From: Eremomyces bilateralis CBS 781.70
Taxonomy: Eukaryota
Strand: one strand, 5' to 3'
Assembly (NCBI GenBank): GCA_010015585.1
Contig: ML975161.1
Length of the DNA: 64,000 nucleotides
How positions within the stretch are numbered: the stretch's first letter is position 1; every line of letters starts with the position of its first letter. Below the pieces are notes generated by a model. That model ran no database searches and was not told the origin of the DNA. It worked only from the letters and a program-made list of their open reading frames with translations. Below, one piece after another: positions 1 to 12,226 of the stretch. The position numbers and the translations under genes are program-made.

Positions 1-441
1 ATCATATGCCTTCGAACCGGTCATCGTAGGTGGTGTCCGTATCGGTAGCTGATCGGTTTGAGATCGACTCCGTTTACGGCTCGGTTTCGGAGTAACCGTA
101 CCCTCTTCCTGCTCTTCCTCTTCCTGCTCTTCCTCTCCTAGCTCTTCCTCTCCTAGCTCTTCCTCATCGTCTGCAAGGTCCCTTTGCGGATCTAGCTCCA
201 GAGGTGTTGTCTTGCTAGCAGTCTTGGGTATGCTAGACGACGATGCCTTCGCCGATACCTTCTTTGGAGCTACCTGGGCTTTCTTCTTTCGACCCGCCGT
301 CTTTGGGGCCGCCTTCTTTCTGTTCTTTTTCTTCGTAGCTGTTTGTTCTCTCGCAAGTTGAGCAGTGCGCTCAATCTCGTCTTCAAACCGGACGCGCGTT
401 CGCGTACTGCGCGTACCAATTCCACGCAGTTGGGGTGCCAT
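1..441 (-). CDS. Partial hypothetical protein running off the window start; Lys/Arg-rich then Glu-rich N-terminus, possibly a transposase or nuclear protein
   Basis: Stop-free frame from ATG 441: MAPQLRGIGTRSTRTRVRFEDEIE...KKKNRKKAAPKTAGRKKKAQ...DDEEELGEEELGEEEQEEEEQEEG...KPSRKRSRS. Absent from the ORF track because no stop lies in the window. Confidence 0.6.
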   Translation of the reverse strand, partial: MAPQLRGIGTRSTRTRVRFEDEIERTAQLAREQTATKKKNRKKAAPKTAGRKKKAQVAPKKVSAKASSSSIPKTASKTTPLELDPQRDLADDEEELGEEELGEEEQEEEEQEEGTVTPKPSRKRSRSQTDQLPIRTPPTMTGSKAYD

Positions 442-1667
442 TTCCTAAATAAAAAATAAAAAACCCGATATAAAACCCAATCTAATAATTTCCCTTTAAT
501 TTCACAACTTGCAGTCACGAATTCAGCGCGTTTTGGTCATAAAATGGGTGATAATTATCGCGTTTTCTGGTGGAGTTGCGGGCGGGACACACACACACTC
601 AAAAAAACGCCAAGCGTTCTCTCACATTTTGCAACCGCCAGATCACGAAACACACCATATTTCCTACATCAATGATACCCGCGCCTCTGTCAAAGAGCCT
701 AGGAGGTTTTCCTCCATCCAGCACCATGGTGCGTAATTTCATCTGCGATATTGCGAAATCTGAGGTCGTCTAGCAAGTCGAACACTCGATTCACACCTTG
801 GAGATTTTCACTAGGGTGAGCTTACTCATCATGCAGGGTCACTAGGGTATTACGATCTCATTCGCCAGAACTGCCCTGGCCCACTCTGCATATTTGAACT
901 AACCCAATGTGGTTGCACTGATCCAGCCCTCCCTTTTGGAGGCGATCCAGGTCAACCTCAAACTCTCATTCCTCCCACTCAATTTCCTCCTTCAATGGTC
1001 ATAGAAGGGATTTCCAATTGAATAGTATACTGCTTAATGACCTCACCATGCCGTCGGAACCATCTGCCGTATGTTGAAATCTAAGATCGTGTAGTGTGTA
1101 CACCTCTTTGAGTCGCATATATTCTGGTTCTGCCCGGTTCCACCGCAGTCTTTCTCGGGAATTTACTGCAGAACACGCTGTCTTTGACCTCTCACAGTTA
1201 TCAAACCAGGTAGCAGTTCCTCTCAGTATATCGGTGCAGGCTACAAGGTATAAATCCAGCTTTTTATAATCAACCGTCCTCTTGCGATCAGTCTCTCCTT
1301 AACGTTCCTATTATTTTCAGTTCAGATGTTCGGGCAATCTCTATCCAAACTAATTCGTCCAAGTCCTTCATACTCTTATCCCAGCCCTTTTCATATTATA
1401 CTTAGACCGGTGTTAATAAATTCATTTCTTCGATCCGAGAGGGATTCGTATTATTTATCTACTGTTTAAGTAATTTTCATTTCTTTATGGTTAACACGTA
1501 CCAAAACTTTGAACACAGACCTTGCTTTCACCATCATGTTTCTGCTATCATATCTCTACTACCAGCGGCAGGAGTAAAAAATAGGACACTTTGACCTACC
1601 GCCGAGTGAGCAAGAGCCAAAGCAGAGGAAAAGTTAGATCCCATACCAGGATCTCACTGGGTCAAAG

Positions 1668-2519
1668 ATGGGTGGTCAGGCCATCGTCCGTAGCGCTGGT
1701 CTCGAAGATATTTTCTGGATACCAAATGAGAACCGAGAACCTGAGACACCAACGCTCTATGACCCCAAAACTTTCCCGGACTATGAAGACACTGTACGGC
1801 GCGGCTTCTGCGGCGAGACACAATCCCCGCCTCCCTTTCTTCTACATCTCCCGTCCGCTCATCACAGCACTCAGGACGGAAGCATTGCAGTATTACGATC
1901 AACCCTCGAACCAATCGATTGGAACAATGAGGACGACTATGTGGGCAAAGACTTCATCGAAGTGGTGGGATCTATCTTGGATAGTGCACGAAACGGGGTG
2001 CTTCAACATTTTCTGAACATCGAAGGCGTCGAAAGCTTCTTGTTCGCAAGATTTGGCCCGGGAGACAAGTTCTGTCAGATCATTGGACGACGGAATCGAG
2101 AAGTATTCGTACGTCGTCTTCCTAGATACTTAGGCGTCATTCCCTTTATCGAACCAATCCCTGATGTCGCTAACACACAGTAGATCGGGTACGCACTTAC
2201 CGAAGCGCTCGATACTGCCAGGAACGGTGATGCCCTCCTGCTTGCGCTATTCGAAGACAATGCCTTGCTTGACGATCACGGACACAAACCCTGCCTACAG
2301 TCATGCGGACTCCAGAGCTGGGTCCTTATTTTCGTTACCGAGAAGCAGGAATGGTCATACATTGCCGTCATGGATGATTTCTTTCTCCCGGTGGTCTATA
2401 GACTAGAAGCGAGCATTAGTCATTATTGTAACCGATGGGTCGATTTAGCCATCAAGAATCAGATCTGGGCTGCCGATGACCAAGGGGGTCAAGCATTTGC
2501 CACATACGTAAGCAGTTAG
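1668..2519 (+). CDS. Hypothetical protein, 2 exons (paralog A of an unrecognised family)
   Basis: ORF 1668-2108 joins 2184-2519 via a phase-0 intron 2109-2183 (GTACGT...GCTAAC...CAGTAG). Motifs shared with the 3618-4353 gene. Confidence 0.7.
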
Positions 2520-3617
2520 CGTTTCAAGAGAATGGAAGCAAGACAAGAGCCTAGGACGGTTGACTGCCTCCATTGCTCCCAAGAGGAACAAAGTCAACAG
2601 TAAGAGGCAAATAATAATAAGAATCAATTTAACGTACTATCTGGATCCCTTTCGGGTCTATGAGCACGATATTCTATCTGGTCTGTCGCGGGCAAAAGTT
2701 TCCCCCCAGCCGAGGCTGCAGGTACATAAAATCCCGCCTCCTCCCCTTAGTAGAGTATCTCAATCATTGTTCATCTTTCCGCACGGGTCGGTGTTTCCGC
2801 CTAGGAGGCAAATAACATAAGTAGTCATACCCCCTTTTCGCAATCCATCAATTTGCGATGTCGATGTTTGAAGCATTCTTATGGTTATATTTGCAGGATT
2901 TCCAAACAACATCTTCGCAGTCAACGTATAAAATCTCTCCCAACCCCCTCATCCAACGAGGAATGCATCGTGCCACTCACTGTCTGCTCATATCATTGGC
3001 TTGTATATAATCAGGATCCCCAAGACTCTGAAAGGATCCCCTGAATTCTACTACTACACAGTTCTTCGTCTACCAAATATCCGGGTATACAGCACCATTA
3101 TAAACCTTCCATTTGGAAGTCTCCAACCAAAAAGCCAGCCCATTCGAGTTGAAGGAGGACAGTAGAAGGATACCTCTGCCGGTACAACTGCCAGAGCAAC
3201 GTTTCATAGGTCTTTCGTAACGTTGCTCTTATCCATTGTGCTCTGTGGCAACGGAGTGGGTAGACTTGCCGGGTGCATTTTGTAGAGTGGAGGACATTCG
3301 GGTTCACGTATAAATTCATCACCAGCGTGATGACTCAAATCAGTGACCTTGGAAGACTTGTAACACATTAGTCGCCCTTCTTCCAATATACCAGTTCATT
3401 CACCTGCTGTGTCTTAACACAAGGAATTTCCTGCAAATTTGACACTCTCCTTCCTCATATCTACACCGCGGAAGACAGTCGATCCAACGTTCTGCATCTT
3501 GCATTCTTCACAATTGTTGTAGCCGGAAATTCCATTCTCTCACTTTAGAAGCACTTCCAAAGGACAATACAAACCAGGGCCCAGAAACCATCATCCGACA
3601 GTAAAGACGTCCGAATA

Positions 3618-4353
3618 ATGACAAACCACTCGAAAAACTCCCGTAAGGCTTCCCGACCGACTTGTATTCTGTCCTAGGATATTGAATGTAACATTTCATA
3701 GAATCCCCATCGGAGTACTCATTCCACCACCTCCCCCTTCCAGGGTGGTTGGGGATGACCAAGGTCATCGACTTCGCCAGATCTCGGTTCGTTGAGGACC
3801 ACGAGTTCGACTTTCCGAAGTTAGAAGAAGTGGTTGGTTCCGTCTTGTTCCACCAGGACAAGAAACACCTCGAAGCCTTCCTCGAGACTCGAAAGATCAA
3901 GCAATTTTGGTGGATGCGTGTGGACGAGAGCAAGGAGCTCATGCAGGTGATCGCCCGCCGCGAGCACGACGTCATCGTAAGGACCTTCTTTCATTATGCC
4001 CTAGCTATCTCTTAACGTTTGCATAGGTCGGGTGGGTTAGCCATGTGGCATTCGAGGGCCAGAACTTTACCCAACTTCTCGACAACATCTGGGGCGGAGC
4101 ATCCCTCGACAACCACGAGATCTGCCCTCATCTCCAAGCTCTGGGCCTGATGGCATGGATTTTATGCTCCCTGTCCTCACAGGGCGAATGGAACCGCCGT
4201 TGTGTGATGGGCAACGGGATGCCTGACGATACTTCGGACCAGATCCAGAAAATTCGTCATGCTGGGAGGCTGTGGGTAAAGTCCGCTATCACGGAGAAAA
4301 TCTGGGCCGCGAAGGAAGAAACAGTCCAGCATTTCTGGGTTCATTATACCTGA
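3618..4353 (+). CDS. Hypothetical protein, 3 exons (paralog B of the same family)
   Basis: ATG 3618; introns 3643-3701 and 3977-4026 (both GTAAGG...CATAG) give a continuous frame MTNHSKNSQSPSEYSFHHLPLP...HFWVHYT*. Confidence 0.75.
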
Positions 4354-5882
4354 GTGCGACCACCAGTGATTGCAGTGCAGGGCGGAAGACTCGGACTTGG
4401 AAAGTGGAAGAAAGGAGATAAGAAGCGAGGGATGAGCAATGGGAGTTGAAAATGCGCATAATATCAATATCCACCGGTATATATGAAATCAAGCGCAGCG
4501 TTTCTGATAAATTTTAGTATTGCGGGCGTCAAGTGAGTATTGTTGAATATTCAGTTCATTTTTAGACAAGGAGACTAAATCCATCGCTGGGTAGTAACGG
4601 ATACTGCTGTTGCTGAAGATAAGAAGTATCGCCTACAATGGTGATAACTACAAACGGCTCCAGGGCGTAATCTAGGGTGGCGTCGCATTTGATGACGACA
4701 GAGTCAAAACGCACCTCCAAGCTCTTGGACTGGATGGACGGATCCTATGCTCCCTTTCGGATAAGGGAGAATGGGTTCGCCGGAGTGCCATGGACGACCA
4801 AATCCCCTGAAGATGAGGCGGATCGGGCTAAGAACATTCGACTGTTAGAGAAGAAGTGAGTGAAAGATGGCATCACTGAGAAGGTTAAGGTGCAGCGAAA
4901 GATATAGGAGAGTAGGAGTACTTCTGGGTCCATTATAATTAAGGGCAAAATGGACATCGAGTGAGCTTGAAGGGCGTAAGCCTCGTCAAACATCCCGATC
5001 CCTGTGGCATGATAAGTGCTAGTAGGTGTTCGACAGTGTCGTGACCTTGTCGTGGGCCCATGGCCATCAGGATATTCTGAATTCCGACCAGTCATCCCAC
5101 GCTCCAAGAATAAGTAGTTCAAGACATCTGGTGCGGAGGACGGCTCTTAATGTTCCACATTTCATATCGGTGGGAATAAATGCGCATCTTTATAAGCTGA
5201 GTCCGTTGATCACCTCCAATTGCATCTTTTTCGAGCAGCAGTGATACTCTGACTGCATCGGACTGCATCGCACGGCGGAGTGAAGTGTTTCGGCCCCTGT
5301 CCGCATTAAAGCACGCTTGACCTTATCTAGACTAGCGTACCGCCGATGCGCCGATCACCCATTCTTCTCACCAACGAGAATAGAACAACTTCACCTCTCT
5401 CGCTGGAAGGCCAAACTTTGGCGGGTGGGCTGAGGGCCTGTCGTGAGAGGGGCTGTGTAAGCGTATATCGAGTTATTGACCACCATAATGTAATGGAAGT
5501 GGAGATGCCAGATATTGCTCCCATCTAGCTGTTGGCTCGTTTCAGTTCATTCAAGTTCGCTGTGTCGCTCGTTCTTTCTATTCCATCCTATTGAGTCTTC
5601 TGCTGTTCAACCATCCCATCTCTTCTCGGGATATTTCTCTCCATCTTCGCCTCGTCGGCCTCATGTGTCCGCCTGCATCCGCGAATACACTTGTACGACG
5701 ACCGTAACTCGTCAAGGAACTACTTATTGACTGTCCTACCCACTCGATCCCTCGCTTCGCCCGTCCCCTTCGGCACCCCATCTTCACATCCGGCCAGCGA
5801 CTGACCGTGGTCCAACCTTGTCCGCCTATCTGCACGCAGCCGACGAATAGGGACGACTGCCGTGGCTCGTAGCCGGCAGATT

Positions 5883-6959
5883 ATGGCCGTCCTAACTAGG
5901 TCCGCAGAACCCGATGATGATAAGCTTGAGCAAGAACATGAACACTGGGATCCAACCGCCGTAGGGATGCAGTTTCAAAAACTCCCACAAACCAACCCTT
6001 CTATACGACATTCCAACGACGACGACAACGACAGCGACGACGATGATCCAGACAATGACCCAAGCGACGTAACTCTCACCATCGAACTCCCTCCATCGTC
6101 TACATCGACGGACTTACCGCCATCGATACCCACGACCGCGAGGATGAATGGGATAGCATTCAAACCATGGCCTCAATTCCAATCATCTCCCCCATCATCG
6201 ACGCTCCTAACGACCACCACCGACGATGCCTCCCAAACCTCACCCACCTCAACCTCAACCCCCCTCTCCGCCATCGAAACCGGCCCGTCAAAACACCTTC
6301 CATCAATAGGTCCCGACTCCAGCCCCAACCCCAACCCCCATACCAAACCCGACACCATTCCTACCCGCATCCTCGTCAGCGGCATCATGGGCCCCCTCGT
6401 CCTCCTCTTCCTCATCGCCCTCGGTATCTACCTCTGCATCGTCCGTCGCCGCCAAAAACGCCGCCACGAACTCGAAGCCGCCGACCCCCCGATGCACCTC
6501 CAACCCAACGCCACCTCCCTTACCCGCTCCGACGGAACTGCCGCGCCCTCCAACCCACCACCCTCCTCCCCCGTCCCCACATCCCCTCCCCCCGTCCTCC
6601 TCACCCGCGACATCACCGCCGCCTACTACACCGGCATCGACACCTCCGACCACCCGCGCACCCCACCCCCACCTATCTCCCCGCTCGAAAACCCTTTCGA
6701 GCCCATCTCCCCGCTCGATGACGACGAGCCGCCCCCGCCATATCGGCCGCGGAGCGAGAACGGGAGCGGCGCCGATGGGTTGGGGAACCCGTTTGAGGAT
6801 CCGGAGGAGTTGGGGGAGGGGGGGAATGGGATGCATGTGGTGGCAAACGGGATGGGGTGGGGGGAAGGGATGGCGGGAGGGAGGGAGGGGGCGGCGGAGG
6901 ATGCGGCGAGTGAGATGAGTGATTTGAGTGATGATTCTTTGGAGAGGAGAGGATGGTGA
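5883..6959 (+). CDS. Single-pass membrane protein: Asp- and Ser/Thr-rich N-terminus, Pro-rich tail with PPPY and NPF motifs
   Basis: Long ORF; hydrophobic ILVSGIMGPLVLLFLIALGIYLCIV followed by RRRQKRR; tail has EPPPPY, ENPFE and GNPFE. Start codon uncertain. Confidence 0.75.
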   Translation: MAVLTRSAEPDDDKLEQEHEHWDPTAVGMQFQKLPQTNPSIRHSNDDDNDSDDDDPDNDPSDVTLTIELPPSSTSTDLPPSIPTTARMNGIAFKPWPQFQSSPPSSTLLTTTTDDASQTSPTSTSTPLSAIETGPSKHLPSIGPDSSPNPNPHTKPDTIPTRILVSGIMGPLVLLFLIALGIYLCIVRRRQKRRHELEAADPPMHLQPNATSLTRSDGTAAPSNPPPSSPVPTSPPPVLLTRDITAAYYTGIDTSDHPRTPPPPISPLENPFEPISPLDDDEPPPPYRPRSENGSGADGLGNPFEDPEELGEGGNGMHVVANGMGWGEGMAGGREGAAEDAASEMSDLSDDSLERRGW

Positions 6960-7559
6960 GCGGGTACGAGTTGATATGAGGACCATGATTGATGGTTTCG
7001 GGGTATGGGTTGATATTGGTTCAGGATGGCGGCGCTTGGGTCTTGGAGAAAAGCTTTTTATGGCATGTCTGGTCAGTTTTGGGATGTCTTGAAGGCCTCC
7101 GAAATTGGAACAATTGGTGGATTGGGAATGGATGATTCTGGATAGCGTCGCCTTGTCATGATGGAGTTTCTTCTGGGATGGAGATTTGGGCCTACCTGTT
7201 GGTCGGCTCCATGGGTATGTTGATGGATAATGAATGATATAGGTCACGATGTCCCGATCTAAGACACGTCCAAGATGTCTACTACGATAGAAGTCAGCTG
7301 TGAATTGGCAATCAGACCTGGGATTTTCCGTTGCATTGAACGTCCCAGTAACATAACTATTGTCATCTCAACCACATGAATAAGAACGGACATTAACCAA
7401 TCACACGGTAGAAATTCATATTCGCTCCGCTTTCGTGAAATGAACAAATCAACCGTAATCACGGTACCCAAGAGATGTCAAATTCGCTATCTGCACCATC
7501 CCTTCCTTACCCTAACCCACGACCCGACATGCCTCATTCCCTAGAAAACCACCCCCATA

Positions 7560-10500
7560 CTACTCCGGCACAACCGGCTCTACATTCCAGATCATCTCAG
7601 CATACTCATCAATGCACCGATCACTACTAAAGAACCCCATCCGCGCCACGCTCGTGATCGCCCTTGTCACCCACTCCTCCTGATTCCGATATCCCTCGTC
7701 GATCAGCTCCTGCGTCTTGCAGTACGACGCGAAGTCGTCCGAGACGAGGTAGTAGTCGCCGTGGTCGACGATCCCGTTGACCAGCGCCGAGAACGAGGAT
7801 GCGTCGCCAAAGGTCCCGTGCTTGATCGCGTCGAATACGGTGGCGAGCGCGGGGTCGAGTTGGTAGCGCCCGTAAAGGTGCGCGTGGCGGAGGTCTTCGA
7901 CGTCTTCGGCGAGGTTGCCGAAGAGGAAGATGTTGGCTTCGCCGATCTCGCGGGTGATTTCGATCTGGAGGTCGTTAGTTACTTATAATCATGAGGTGCT
8001 GAGATGGGACTCACGTTGGCGCCGTCGCAGGTCCCGATGATCAACCCGCCGTTCAGGACGAACTTCATGTTGCTGGTCCCGCTGGCCTCGGTGCCGGCGG
8101 TCGAAATGTGCTCGCTGATATCGCTGGCCGGCACGATCAATTCGGCCTTGCTGACGTTGTAGTCCTCGAGGAAGATGACCTTCATCAGGTCGCCAACGTC
8201 GGGGTCGGAGTTGATGACCTTGCCTACTTGGTTGATGAGGTGGATGACCGTCTTCGCCATCCAGTATCCCGGGGCCGCCTTGCCGCCGAAGATGTGCACC
8301 CGCGGCATGACCTTCTTCCGTGCGGCAGGGGTCATCGCCTTGATCTGCAGGTAGCGGTGGATGCAGCCGAAGATGTTCAGCTGCTGGCGCTTGTACTCGT
8401 GGATGCGTTTGACCTGAATGTCGAACAGCGACGCCGGATTGACGCTCACGCCAGTCGAGTCCTTGATGAGCTTCGCGAGCCGAACTTTGTTGGCGTATTT
8501 GATCTCCTGGAACTCCTTGCGGAACGCAGCGTCGTCGACGTAGGCTTCCAGCTTGTGGAGCATCGTCAGATCCTTGAGGAAATCATAGCCGCCCAGTTTG
8601 CTCGCGATCAGCTCGGAAAGCCGAGGGTTGGCTTGGTGTAGCCATCGTCTGGGAGTGATACCGTTGGTAACGTTCGTGAATTTATCAGGACCAAAGATCG
8701 CAACGAAATCCTTGAAAATGGTTGTCTTGATGAGGTCCGAATGCAGCTCCGCCACGCCGTTGACTTTGTGAGACCCAATGACCGCGATATACGCCATGCG
8801 AACCATCTTGGGGTTGGACTCCTCGATGACCGAGACGCGGGAGAGCATGTCTCGGTCCTTGGGGAAGGTTCGTTCGACATACTGGAGGAATTGGAGGTTG
8901 ATGTCGTAGATAATTTGAAGGTGGCGGGGGAGGAGATGTTGCATGAGCGGGACCGACCACTTTTCAAGTGCCTCCGGCAGCACAGTGTGGTTGGTATACC
9001 CAAAGGTCTTGCTAGTGACTGCGAACAATCAGCGATGCAATATTTCAATGAAATGAATGTGACATACTGTCCCATGCCTGGTCCCAGTCCAAGCCTTCGA
9101 GATCAATCAAAATCCTGATTAGCTCGGGAATCGCAAGGGTGGGATGCGTGTCATTCAGTTGAATGGCCACTTGGTTAGGGAATTCGGTCCAAGAGCGATG
9201 GGTCTTCTTGAATCGGCGGACGATATCGTATAATGATGCCGCGCACCAGAAGTACTGTTGCTTTAGACGAAGTTCCTTTCCTCGTTCGAGGCTATATGGA
9301 GTTAGCAGAAGAGTGGAAGATCTGAAGCCAAACTCACTTGTCATTTGGATACAACACAGCAGAGATGGTCTCGGCTCGCTGCTGGTCGGCGACTGAGCTC
9401 TCATAATCACCCGAGTTGAATTTCTGGAAGTCAAACTCGCCAGATGCTGCTTTACTGCCCCATAGCCGCAAGTTGTTCGTGGTGGCAGTCTGGTAGCCGG
9501 GAACTGCGCATGTTAGCGAATGGGTTAAGGACGGGTAGAAGAACACTCACTTGGAACATCAAAAGCCAAAGCTTGCACAATCTCGCCCCCCTCCCAAACA
9601 CTGATGGATTTGCCGTCGTCGTCCCTGGATGTATGTTAGACCTACGCTTATCGAGAGTGTCCATTTGACGTACTGATACTTCCTGACGGAACCGTAAAAC
9701 TGGACGTCGACCTTGATATCATGACGAGCGAACTCCCACGGGTTGAAGTCCAACCAGTAGTCGGGAACTTCGACCTGGTAGCCGTCCACAATCTCCTGCT
9801 TGAAGATACCATAGCGATATCGGAGGCCATATCCCCACGCAGGATAGTTCAGGGATGCTAGACTATCCAGAAAGCAAGCGGCAAGACGTCCAAGCCCACC
9901 GTTTCCAAGAGCCGCATCGTGCTCCTGAGCGACGATGTCCTCCATTCGGAAGCCGAGACTTTCAAGCCCCTCTAGATATCTGAAGTTAGCACTGAAATGG
10001 TCGTATTCAGTCCCGTAGTACATACCCTTGGCGATGTTCTTGAGCCCAACGTTCAGCATGGCATTGTCGAGTGTCCGACCCATCAAGAACTCGAGAGAAA
10101 GGTCTGACCACTGATTAGTCCAGCACCCAGTCAATCTGCCTGGATCACCCACAGTATACGCGTTTCTGGTCCTTGAACGTATGGTTCTGCTGCGTCGTAT
10201 TCCAATCGATGATGAGCCGGTCGCGAAATGCGAGGGCAGTCCCGGCGTATGTCGCGCTGAATCACCAGTGGTCAGCATGCAGATATGGGTTGTGAGGGAG
10301 CGAGTGCATACAATTCATCGCAATTGTACAAGGATCGCGCAAGGGTGGTCTCGATATGTCGGATAGCTTCTCTCTTCGCATCGTCAGCTCTTGTCTGGGT
10401 ATGTCAGAGAGCTTCATTACCTCAAACTCCTCGGCTGTCTGGAAAGGCTTCGGTGCCTGTTCATCTCTTTGTCAATATGTATTGGATATGACAGGGTGGT

Positions 10501-10761
10501 GAAAAGCGATAGGAGCAACTCACGAACTTCTTCCAACTATAAAATCGTTAGCTCCGTATCTAAATCCGACGCAGCGATCTGGACTCACGCTTCCCGTTGA
10601 GGTTCTGGTATACTGGCTTCCACGCTCTTGATCTCCGCCGGACCGAATCCTGTCACGGTTCTCTTATGCTTCGGGCGGGAGAACCCAGGCCCAATTGGAC
10701 CTTTGAGATCGGACAGCGGAGCGCTGGTGCTGGGCCGCCGCTCGCGTGTTGAGGAGGCCAT
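7560..10761 (-). CDS. GPH1: Glycogen phosphorylase (GT35), multi-exon
   Basis: [34 protein letters not shown] and the PLP-lysine motif [10 protein letters not shown]; starts [11 protein letters not shown] at 10761, ends [10 protein letters not shown] at 7560; canonical introns. Confidence 0.97.
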
Positions 10762-12226
10762 GGTGGGGTAGTAGGGATGAGGGACGAGATGCAACTGAAC
10801 ACAACCACAGAGGTTTCTTGCGTCGAAGAAAGTCAAGGAGATCAGGGAGGGGAAGAGGTTGGCAAACGAGATGATATTGGGAGGAAGGAGATATGAAGAT
10901 TTGGAAGGGAGGGGGATATGAGGGCAGTCAATCCCACTTTGCACACTGGGTCAATGGTCTGGACCCTGGAACACGAATTCAACTAATGGCGTTCCAAATG
11001 GATGGGGAAAGTTGGGAGGGATGGTTGCATTGGTTGAGACCTGAGAAGGCCATGTTGAGATACTTCCACTTCATGTTGAGAACTCGAGATTGTTAGCTCC
11101 TGGGGGCTCCATGTCGCCTTGGAACAGGTCTGGGTACAGTATAGGTAAATGGTATTATCATGGTGTTATGCAGTCAGGCATGTCATGCTGCCACAGCATT
11201 CTGCCAACCACCGAGTGAACCGCATACACGAACCTAGTGCGGGACAACAATCCCACCCTGGAGTGCAGCGGGTATTGTCTCTCTTTCTTTCACTATTGTC
11301 TCGACTATTGTAGCTTTGTACTCCTACCAGAGCAGCACTACCATCTGGGGTTCGGTTTAAGGTACTACCTACCTGATAATAGTCTCAAGCTGGTGCCCGC
11401 CATCACCGTCTCAAATTTTCCATCCTCCATGACCGCACTGCAACACCAGAGGGAGGAGAGGAGGGGTCATCCACCCTTGACAAACAAGAAACTGAAAACT
11501 GTCGCGCCACCAGGACTGGGCCGCTGGGGGGTCAATTGTTGAGCTAAAAATGCCACGCAGGCTCCCAGTAGGCTGGAAAGCTTGATTCGCATCACGCCTC
11601 CAGCTGGCCTTCATCGTGTCGTCGCGTCCTGGCACGCGGATGTGACAAGAATGCTCGTACATGAAGAAGCGGTTGCTCCTAGGACACGAGAAATCGCGCT
11701 ACGTACGGTCGAGGAACGAGAGGTAGCTCGAACGCGCAGCGTTTTGGGTGTCAGTACTCCCGGAACAGCTATCACGCTGGCGCACGAGATGACTATGGTG
11801 GAACGTTTCGACTTCGACTTTTGAAGTATTTGAACACACAGTCAAACGGAAAAGCAGCAGAGGCCCCAACAGGTCCAACAGTCGTGTCCGCTGACTATGT
11901 ATGGATACTAATATGCGCTGAAGTTCTCATGATAGGCTCTCGGTCTATTCCATACCCTTTCAACTCGATAGCCCGGGTTAATTGGCCCTTGGCAGGGAAC
12001 CGGTCAATAGAAACCACTAGGAGCTGCAATGGCGTAAGGGGCCGATCTGAATTCTGAACGGTAGGTTTTACTCTGATACAGGTCCTCTTTTACACCTTGA
12101 CGAACGCGTCTAAGGTATATCATGAATCTTGGTAGTTGACACTGTTCTTTCCATTGGCTATTACTGATTATCTCGTATACGACAGTATGAACCGATCCCG
12201 TATTATATCCTCCGTCGGAACGACTA

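Noticed and set aside
2181..2183. Stop-codon readthrough or A-to-I editing of the in-frame TAG
   Set aside because: A canonical intron removes it, at the same position as the paralog's intron.
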